A stretch of DNA of 24,000 bases, from NCBI GenBank assembly GCA_029945425.1, contig JAQSDV010000002.1, forward strand, positions 558,567 through 582,566, given 5' to 3'. The notes under the pieces were generated by a model. It had not been told where the DNA came from, searched no databases, and was given only the letters and a program-made list of their open reading frames with translations. The position numbers were made by a program, and so were the translations under genes. The DNA is from a bacterium (GTDB lineage Bacteria > Pseudomonadota > Alphaproteobacteria > Micavibrionales > UBA2020). Positions 7,609 through 14,495 of the stretch are shown here, piece by piece (within the stretch, counting starts at the first letter, position 1; each line of letters opens with the position of its first letter).

Positions 7609-7878
7609 ATGGCACATAAAAAAGCCGGCGGCTCATCCAGAAACGGTCGCGACTCAGCTGGTCAGCGCCTGGGCGTAAAAGTCTACGGCGGCCAGGAAAT
7701 CAACAACGGCGGCATCATCGTGCGCCAGCGCGGCACGCAATGGCATCCCGGCAAATTCGTCGGCATCGGCAAAGATCACACGATCTTCGCAAAGCGTGAC
7801 GGTGTTGTGAAATTCCATGGCGGCCTGAAAGGCCGTCAGTACATCTCGGTCGTTCCGGCGAACGAGTCGGCGGAATAA
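7609..7878 (+). CDS. rpmA: 50S ribosomal protein L27
   Basis: [26 protein letters not shown]....[21 protein letters not shown] is canonical L27. AGGAG lies upstream. Confidence 0.97.
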   Translation: MAHKKAGGSSRNGRDSAGQRLGVKVYGGQEINNGGIIVRQRGTQWHPGKFVGIGKDHTIFAKRDGVVKFHGGLKGRQYISVVPANESAE

Positions 7879-7904
7879 TCTTCCGTCCGTAAAAGTTTTT
7901 AAAA

Positions 7905-7935
7905 GCCGGGGAATTTCCATTCCCCGGTTTTTATT
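7905..7935 (+). terminator. Rho-independent terminator or attenuator between rpmA and obg
   Basis: CCGGGGAAU (7906-7914), UUCC loop, AUUCCCCGG (7919-7927), then UUUUUAUUU. Confidence 0.75.
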
Positions 7936-7949
7936 TAGGCATCCACCCC

Positions 7950-8996
7950 ATGAAATTCCTCGACGAAGCCAAGATCTATCTCGAAAGCGGCAAGGGCGGC
8001 CCCGGTGCCATCGCCTTCCGCCGCGAGAAGTTCGTCGATATGGGCGGCCCTGACGGCGGCAACGGCGGCCGCGGCGGCGATGTCTATTTCGAAGTCCTCG
8101 ATAACCTGAACACCCTGATCGATTTCCGCTATACCCAGCACTTCCGTGCCGCGCCCGGCATGCATGGCGGGGGCGACAACTGCTCCGGCAAGGGCGGCAA
8201 GGACATCATCGTTCGCGTGCCCGTCGGCACCGTTATTCTGGACGAGGACAAGGAAACCGAACTGCTCGATCTCACCACCCCCGGCCAGCGCGTGCTGTTC
8301 CTGAAGGGCGGCGACGGCGGTTTCGGCAATGCCCATTACAAATCGCCCACCAACCGCGCGCCCCGCAAATCCACGCCCGGCTGGCCCGGCGAGGAACGCG
8401 CCGTCTGGCTGCGCCTGAAACTGATCGCGGATGCCGGCATCGTCGGCCTGCCCAACGCCGGCAAATCGACCTTCCTGTCGGTCGTCACGCGCGCGAAGCC
8501 GAAAATTGCCGATTACCCCTTCACCACCCTCGCCCCGAACCTCGGCGTCGTGCGTACGCATGACAAGGAATTCGTGCTGGCGGACATCCCCGGCCTGATC
8601 GAAGGCGCGTCCGAAGGTGTTGGCTTGGGCACCCGCTTCCTCGGCCATGTGGAGCGCACCGGCGCCCTGCTCCACCTGATCGACGCGACGCAGGACGATA
8701 TCGTCGGCGCGTACAAAACCATCCGCGCGGAGCTGAAGGCATACGGCCACGGTCTCGCCAAGAAACCCGAAATCATCGCGCTGAACAAGATCGACGCCCT
8801 CGGCCCCGAACTCGCCGAAGACCAGCAAAAAATCCTCAGCAAGGCCATCCGCAAAAAGGTCCACATCATTTCCGCCGTCGCCAAGGACGGCACCGAAAAC
8901 GTGCTGGCCGAAATGTACAAACACATCGAAAAAGCCCGCGCTGACCGCAAAGCCGCCCTGCCGGTCATTCAGGACGTTGTTTACGACGACGAGTGA
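7950..8996 (+). CDS. obg: GTPase Obg/CgtA
   Basis: The glycine-rich Obg fold is [23 protein letters not shown]...[14 protein letters not shown]. The G domain has GLPNAGKST (G1), DIPGLIEGA (G3) and NKID (G4). Synteny is rplU-rpmA-obg. Confidence 0.97.
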   Translation: MKFLDEAKIYLESGKGGPGAIAFRREKFVDMGGPDGGNGGRGGDVYFEVLDNLNTLIDFRYTQHFRAAPGMHGGGDNCSGKGGKDIIVRVPVGTVILDEDKETELLDLTTPGQRVLFLKGGDGGFGNAHYKSPTNRAPRKSTPGWPGEERAVWLRLKLIADAGIVGLPNAGKSTFLSVVTRAKPKIADYPFTTLAPNLGVVRTHDKEFVLADIPGLIEGASEGVGLGTRFLGHVERTGALLHLIDATQDDIVGAYKTIRAELKAYGHGLAKKPEIIALNKIDALGPELAEDQQKILSKAIRKKVHIISAVAKDGTENVLAEMYKHIEKARADRKAALPVIQDVVYDDE

Positions 8997-8999
8997 CGG

Positions 9000-9584
9000 T
9001 TAATGCCGCAAGGCGAAATAAGCCAGACCAGCCATATTCAAAAATACAGTCAGGTAGAAGACGACCATAAAGCGCGTCTTGGACGATTTATGCCGCAGCC
9101 TGAATTGTGCAATCCATGCAGCCGGCCAACCGCCTAAAAGCGCAGAAATATGCAGTAGATTTTCGGGTACGCGTTGCGTCCGTCGCTCCGCCGCGTGCTT
9201 GTCGTTCCTGTAAAGAAGATAGACGATAAAATTCCAAGCAAGAATAACGGCCGGAACATATGATGGCAGATGCTGCCTCTGCAACACCAGCATGCCAAGA
9301 ACGATGCTCACGGATATAAAAACCGCTGCCGCAATATGCCCCATGGGCACAAAGCCCGGCCATCTCTCGCCCCGAAACAATACGCCCCGCGCCTGCACAC
9401 GCGCCTGTCCGTCGATGGCAACCGTATAACTCACCTCATCACCGATCACAGGAGCGCGCTTGCTGTTCCGAAATTCGTTGATATGGACAAAAACCTCCAG
9501 CGAACGGTCATCCGGGCTGATAAACCCGAAACCCTTGTCTATCTTCCAGCTTGAAATGACACCCCGTTGCCGCAATGAATTCAC
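9000..9584 (-). CDS. Cold-shock-domain / DUF1294 membrane protein
   Basis: GTG start. The N-terminal CSD-like segment is GVISSWKIDKGFGFISPDD...VFVHINEF. Hydrophobic segments follow, and the C-terminal part (LLHISALLGGWPAAWIAQFRLRHKSSKTRF) resembles DUF1294. The family name is recalled, not searched. Confidence 0.8.
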   Translation of the reverse strand: MNSLRQRGVISSWKIDKGFGFISPDDRSLEVFVHINEFRNSKRAPVIGDEVSYTVAIDGQARVQARGVLFRGERWPGFVPMGHIAAAVFISVSIVLGMLVLQRQHLPSYVPAVILAWNFIVYLLYRNDKHAAERRTQRVPENLLHISALLGGWPAAWIAQFRLRHKSSKTRFMVVFYLTVFLNMAGLAYFALRH

Positions 9585-9587
9585 CGC

Positions 9588-10502
9588 TTAAAGTTCAGGT
9601 TTCCAGTCTTTGACGCGCTCTTTTACAGCAGTGATCTGTTCCGGCGTCAGGTTTTTCTCAGCGCGTATTTTCATGCCGTCATAATCAATAGGTTTAAAAT
9701 ATAGTATTGCCTCTTCAGGCATATATTTTACGGCTGCCAATAACCAGAAATAGCCTTCGGAAAAATCACGCTTGGGACTGTCACCATACAGGCTAAATCT
9801 CGCCAGCATCATCTGCGCATCAAAATCCGCTGTTTCTGCATCTTCCTGAAATTTCTGACGCGTAGACGCCGTGGGTGATGGCTTCCACGCATGTAACCGT
9901 TTTTCAATCGCCTCGATCTTGTATGAATCGAGAACCTCCTTTGCCCTGCCCTGATCCAACGCAGTCCAATAAACGCGATACTCGGCAAGATTGTGCCAAA
10001 ACCACATTTCCTCGACTACTTTTATATCTTCGTTTGATGATACCGTTTTTTTATATTCTTCATCGTAATAAGTGGCGAGATCACGCTGGGAGTTACTATC
10101 TCCCTGTTCTGCTGCTTTGCGCGACCAAATCAGGCTTTCTTGAAATTTTTTATCCATTTTCAACATATTCGCCCATTGGGATTGAGCAGGCAAATAACCG
10201 CCCTGTGCGGACTTTTCAATCCATTCTTCGCTAATGGCAGCCGATTTTCTGAACAAGTCCTCAACAACGGATTCTTTTTCTTGCATACTGCAGGACACCT
10301 TGCCATTAAAGGCAGCGACAAAATCGAATTGTGCGCGGGCATCGGCCTTTCCCGCACGCACATGCAAAGCTTCAATTTCCTCATCCGTAGGACATGGACT
10401 TAAATTTTTTCTACGCCCCGAAATGCTGGCCCGCCAATCCGTAATCGCCTGCTTGATTGAAGAAACTTTCTGAGGAGACAATGCTTTTGATGTTTTTTCC
10501 AT
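9588..10502 (-). CDS. Sel1-like repeat protein with no signal peptide, encoded in AT-rich DNA
   Basis: Degenerate Sel1-type repeats are present (WIEKSAQGGYLPAQSQWANML; WSRKAAEQGDSNSQRDLATYY; EGYFWLLAA). The C-terminal motif LTPEQITAVKERVKDWKP parallels LTKTQIKEADKFIAEWKP in the 1726-2670 protein. Its stop lies 3 nt before the start of the next gene. Confidence 0.7.
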   Translation of the reverse strand: MEKTSKALSPQKVSSIKQAITDWRASISGRRKNLSPCPTDEEIEALHVRAGKADARAQFDFVAAFNGKVSCSMQEKESVVEDLFRKSAAISEEWIEKSAQGGYLPAQSQWANMLKMDKKFQESLIWSRKAAEQGDSNSQRDLATYYDEEYKKTVSSNEDIKVVEEMWFWHNLAEYRVYWTALDQGRAKEVLDSYKIEAIEKRLHAWKPSPTASTRQKFQEDAETADFDAQMMLARFSLYGDSPKRDFSEGYFWLLAAVKYMPEEAILYFKPIDYDGMKIRAEKNLTPEQITAVKERVKDWKPEL

Positions 10503-10532
10503 TACTTCATCGACCTTTTTCAGGTCGAAGGG

Positions 10533-10889
10533 CTAGGCAAGCGGGGTGGCGCTTGTCCTGAATGCATATAGCCAGTAAAACGACTTTTCATCGTTGCGCG
10601 GGAAAGCCGGTGTTCCTTCGAAATAGCGCAAGCCAAGTTTGTATTGAAGGCCTTTGATATCTTGCTGCGCCGCCTTGACATACCATTTTTCTGCCTCAGC
10701 GCCATCCGCCTTCACGCCATGATGTTCGTTCAGATAATAATACCCTAGCTTTGATTGAGCCGCCCAATCTCCCACTTGCGCTTTTGCAAAATCTGACGCT
10801 TCAGGATTTGGGTCGTCGAGAACCATCGCGTATGAAAGGCGGGAAAAGAAGAATGTGAAGCAGATAAAAAATGCGAGGATGAATTTCAT
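10533..10889 (-). CDS. Small secreted Sel1-repeat protein
   Basis: The tracked ORF extends to 10949. The preferred start is the internal Met at 10889, giving the signal peptide MKFILAFFICFTFFFSRLSYA. Sel1 repeats follow (AQSKLGYYYLNEHHGVKADGAEAEKWYVKAAQQDIKGLQYKLGLRYFEG). Confidence 0.7.
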   Translation of the reverse strand: MKFILAFFICFTFFFSRLSYAMVLDDPNPEASDFAKAQVGDWAAQSKLGYYYLNEHHGVKADGAEAEKWYVKAAQQDIKGLQYKLGLRYFEGTPAFPRNDEKSFYWLYAFRTSATPLA

Positions 10890-11122
10890 GGGTTTCTTTA
10901 AATTTTTCTTGGTCTCTAATCCGGTCATTCTACCTCCACAATACTCCACACAACATTAACCCATAATTCTGTATAAGTCAACAACTAATTGCGTATACCG
11001 CATTTTATAAAACATCCTCAAGAACTTGCGCGAGGACTATGGCAACCGCCTCTTCTCTCAGCCGAAAAATCGCCTATCTTTCAAAAAGCTGCTTTGTTAA
11101 AATTCCAAGGCATTGAATTTTC

Positions 11123-11377
11123 ATGGGTTCAGGGGTGTTTTTGATGGCGGATGCGTTGATCGAATTGTTTGCGGATGTGCTGCAGGTCGAACCCGCCGCG
11201 CTGAACGACAACAGCTCCCCCGATTCAGTCCGCCAGTGGGACAGCCTTGCCGCCATGCACCTTGTCGCGGCGATCGAGGACAAGTTCAAGATCCAGCTTT
11301 CGACGAAGGAAATCATGAAAATGTCGTCGATCGGCCTTGCGCGAAAAACGCTGCAGGACAAGAACGTCAAGGTTTGA
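11123..11377 (+). CDS. Acyl/peptidyl carrier protein (phosphopantetheine-binding)
   Basis: The protein is 77-84 aa, with an alternative start at 11144 (MADALIELF). The helix-II attachment motif is WDSLAAMHLVAAIE, where the Ser in DSL is the attachment site. It lies 7 nt upstream of the FkbH-like gene. Confidence 0.75.
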   Translation: MGSGVFLMADALIELFADVLQVEPAALNDNSSPDSVRQWDSLAAMHLVAAIEDKFKIQLSTKEIMKMSSIGLARKTLQDKNVKV

Positions 11378-11384
11378 CCGCGCA

Positions 11385-13148
11385 ATGACCGCACCCGACC
11401 CCAAAACGGCATGGCGGCAATACCAGAAACAGGCAGGCACAGCGGATATCACCGTCGGCCTCGCCGCCTCCTTCACGCTTGACCCGATTGAACCGTTCAT
11501 CGGCGCGCATCTGCTCGGCAAAAACATCAGGCCGGAATTTTCTATCGCGCCCTTCGGACAATTGCAGCAACTTTGCATCAACCACAAACACGCGATTGGC
11601 GATGCAAATGTGATCGTCATGTTGTGGCGGATCGAGGATATGTTCGCCGCCAAACTCGCCGCCACGCTGGATGCCGCCGATGCCCTGCCCGCGCTGCTGG
11701 ATGATATCCGACAGTTCGCCGCGTCCGTCGCGCAGCTGCGCCGCAATTTCTCCGGCACGCTGATCGTTTCAGCGCCGCCCTTCCCGTCCCTGCCCGGTTT
11801 CGACGCGCTGGAACTCGCATCGCCCGCGATGCAGATCTACACCGCCGCCGCGCAAGCATGGGCGCAGGAAACCGCCAAAATCGACAGGCTGCGCGTTCTG
11901 GATTTGCAGGCACTGATGATCGAGCACGGCGCGCGCCACGCCAACGATGCGCGCAAATGGCAGCTTTACCGCCAGCCCTATACCGATACATTCTGGCAGG
12001 CTATTGGGACTCAGGTTGGCCGCATCATCGCCGCTGAAAAGACCAGCCCGAAAAAATGCATCGTGCTGGATCTCGATAATACCCTCTGGGGCGGCGTGAT
12101 CGGCGAGGATGGTTTGAGCGGTATCGCGCTGGGCGATGAGTTCCCTGGCCGTGCCTTCCGCGATTTCCAGCGTTACCTGATGCACCTGAAATCGAAAGGC
12201 GTGATGCTGGCGGTTGCGTCCAAAAACAACCCTGCCGACGCGTTGGAAGTTTTTGACAAGCATGACGCGATGGTGCTGAACCGCCGCGATATCGTCGCCT
12301 TCGAAATCAACTGGGATTCAAAAGTCGACAGCATCAAGCGCATTGCCGCAAAGCTAAATATCGGCCTTGATGCGCTGGTATTCGTGGATGACAACGCCAA
12401 GGAAATCGGCGAAGTGCAGGAACGCCTGCTCGCCGTCACTTGCCTGCTGGTACCCGAAGAACTGGCCGATCTGCCCGCATTGCTGGCAAATACCGATTTG
12501 TTCGACGCGCTGCAAGTGACCGACGAAGACCGCAAGCGCACCGAGATGATGTCTTCCGACCAGCAGCGCAGCCAAATTCAGGAAACGATGAGCGAGGAAG
12601 ATTTCCGCAAATCGCTGCAACTGAAGATCGATATTTTCGCGGCCGAAAAACAACACCTCGCCCGCATCACGCAACTGGTCAACAAAACGAACCAGTTCAA
12701 CCTGACCACCATCCGCCGCACGCAGGATGAAATCGAAAAACTGGTCGCATCTCCCGATACGCTCGTGCTAGGCATGAATATCAGCGACAAATACGGCGAT
12801 TACGGTCTGGTTGGCGCAGCTATCCTGACCAAAAACGGTGCAATAGCCGATATCGATACGCTACTGATGAGCTGCCGTGTGCTGGGCCGCGGCGCGGAAG
12901 AAACATTCATCGCGCAACTCGCCGCCGCCGCCGCATCGCTCGGCTGCACCACCTTGCGCGGCCAATACATCCCGACCGCAAAGAACGACATGGTGAAAGA
13001 CCTCTATCCGCGTTTCAAATTCGTGGGAGATGGCGACAAATGGCTGCTAAAAACCGCAGACGCGCCGAAAATCCCCGCACATATCGGCGCTTCCTTGCGC
13101 CTGCCGGAATCCCCTATAATGAATAAAAATAAAGAGGGTCAATCATGA
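11385..13148 (+). CDS. FkbH-like HAD-superfamily IIIC phosphatase / carrier-protein loading enzyme
   Basis: The preferred start is the ATG at 11385 (MTAPDPK), just after the carrier-protein stop; the tracked ORF starts at 11337. HAD motifs are VLDLDNTLWGG (I), VASKN (II) and VFVDDN (IV). The C-terminal GNAT-like region contains LLMSCRVLGRG. Size and architecture match TIGR01681/TIGR01686-type FkbH proteins as I recall them. Confidence 0.85.
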   Translation: MTAPDPKTAWRQYQKQAGTADITVGLAASFTLDPIEPFIGAHLLGKNIRPEFSIAPFGQLQQLCINHKHAIGDANVIVMLWRIEDMFAAKLAATLDAADALPALLDDIRQFAASVAQLRRNFSGTLIVSAPPFPSLPGFDALELASPAMQIYTAAAQAWAQETAKIDRLRVLDLQALMIEHGARHANDARKWQLYRQPYTDTFWQAIGTQVGRIIAAEKTSPKKCIVLDLDNTLWGGVIGEDGLSGIALGDEFPGRAFRDFQRYLMHLKSKGVMLAVASKNNPADALEVFDKHDAMVLNRRDIVAFEINWDSKVDSIKRIAAKLNIGLDALVFVDDNAKEIGEVQERLLAVTCLLVPEELADLPALLANTDLFDALQVTDEDRKRTEMMSSDQQRSQIQETMSEEDFRKSLQLKIDIFAAEKQHLARITQLVNKTNQFNLTTIRRTQDEIEKLVASPDTLVLGMNISDKYGDYGLVGAAILTKNGAIADIDTLLMSCRVLGRGAEETFIAQLAAAAASLGCTTLRGQYIPTAKNDMVKDLYPRFKFVGDGDKWLLKTADAPKIPAHIGASLRLPESPIMNKNKEGQS

Positions 13149-14077
13149 GCGTCCAACCCGCCGCGCCCCAAACCGCGCTGCCCGCAAACGTCGCCTCGCT
13201 GATCGAAAAAGTTGTGGAAGACAACCCGATGCACCGCAATTTCGTCACCCGTGCGCTGGCGAACGTGACCGCAGCCGAACTTGCGCATCTCGACGATTAT
13301 ATCGATTTTTGCAAGCAGAAGGGTTTGACCGTCGCGTATCTTGCCGAATGCTACCTGACCATCGTCGGTGATACGCTGCGCGAACAAATCTACTTCCAGA
13401 AGCACAAAAAATACCGCTACTCCACCTTTGCCGAGGTCGGCGACAGCGTATATTTTAATGAAGAATACATGTCGTTTTACATGTACGGCCTTGCGATCAC
13501 GTCGTATCTGTGGCCGAACCATCTCGACCTGTTCCGGTTTTTCCGCGAGACGCTGCCGACGAACAAGACCGGCAAATACCTGGAAATCGGGCCCGGCCAC
13601 GGTTATTTCTTCATGACCGCGATGGAGCAGTCGACATTCGACACCTTCACGGGCGTCGATATCAGCGAAACCAGTGTTTCCATGACACGCGCACTGATCG
13701 AACATTTCGGCACGGATAAAAAATCATTCGACCTCGTCTGCATGGATTTCCTGAAAACCGACCTGCCCGAAAACGGTTTTGATGCCGTCGTGATGGGCGA
13801 AGTGCTGGAGCATGTGGAGCAGCCCGAACTGTTCCTGAAACAGATCGCGCGCCTTGCGAATGATGATGCGCATATTTTCGTCACGACCTGTATCAACGCG
13901 CCAGCCGTCGACCATATCTATCTTTTCAAGACGCCGGACGAGCTGGTGAAAATGTTTGATGCCTGCGGCCTGAAAATAAAATCACAACTGATCCGCCCGT
14001 ATGAAGGCAAGACAGAGGCCGAAAGCCTCGCGCAGCTGCTGCCGATCAACGTCGCCTATGTGCTGGAGAAGAAATGA
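13145..14077 (+). CDS. Class I SAM-dependent methyltransferase with a ~130-aa N-terminal helical extension
   Basis: Motif I is YLEIGPGHGYF. The post-I acidic residue is in TGVDIS. The motif IV-like segment is AVVMGEVLEHVEQP. ATGA overlaps occur at both ends (13145-13148 and 14074-14077). Confidence 0.85.
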   Translation: MSVQPAAPQTALPANVASLIEKVVEDNPMHRNFVTRALANVTAAELAHLDDYIDFCKQKGLTVAYLAECYLTIVGDTLREQIYFQKHKKYRYSTFAEVGDSVYFNEEYMSFYMYGLAITSYLWPNHLDLFRFFRETLPTNKTGKYLEIGPGHGYFFMTAMEQSTFDTFTGVDISETSVSMTRALIEHFGTDKKSFDLVCMDFLKTDLPENGFDAVVMGEVLEHVEQPELFLKQIARLANDDAHIFVTTCINAPAVDHIYLFKTPDELVKMFDACGLKIKSQLIRPYEGKTEAESLAQLLPINVAYVLEKK

Positions 14078-14490
14078 CGCTCTCCGCACTTACATTCCAC
14101 CATCTGGGATTGGCGGTAAAGGATGACGCGGCGGCGCTCGCCATGCTGGGCGCGCTTGGCTATACGGCGCAAGACAAGATTTTCGATCCCGCGCAAAATG
14201 TTTTCGTGCGCCTCTGCCTTTCCCCCACCCAGCCGACGGTCGAGATTGTGCAGCCGGGGCCGGAGGGCAAAAGCCCGATCGACAACTGGATCGCGAAATA
14301 CAACGAGCTTATCTACCATACCTGTTACGAAACGCCCGACCTAGCCGCCACGCTGGCGGATATCGAAAAAGCCGGATTGCGCGTCATGACGCTGGCGGAG
14401 CGCAAGCCCGCCGTGCTGTTTGGCGGGCGGCATGTCTCGTTCTACAAGGTCATGGGATTTGGAATCATAGAATTGCTGGAAAGGAACTAA
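14074..14490 (+). CDS. VOC (glyoxalase / methylmalonyl-CoA-epimerase-like fold) family protein
   Basis: The 138-aa protein begins FHHLGLAVKD (beta-alpha-beta-beta-beta module with a metal-ligand His). A later ..HTCYE.. segment and the C-terminal FYKVMGFGIIELLE fit the family. This is a pattern-level call only. Confidence 0.7.
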   Translation: MTLSALTFHHLGLAVKDDAAALAMLGALGYTAQDKIFDPAQNVFVRLCLSPTQPTVEIVQPGPEGKSPIDNWIAKYNELIYHTCYETPDLAATLADIEKAGLRVMTLAERKPAVLFGGRHVSFYKVMGFGIIELLERN

Positions 14491-14495
14491 ATACA

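Noticed and set aside
11039-11116. 25-codon ORF (MATASSLSRKIAYLSKSCFVKIPRH*) just upstream of the carrier-protein gene.
   Set aside because: The GAGGA is only 2 nt from the ATG, which is poor spacing. No compositional or motif support was found. It is most likely non-coding promoter or leader DNA for the FkbH cassette.
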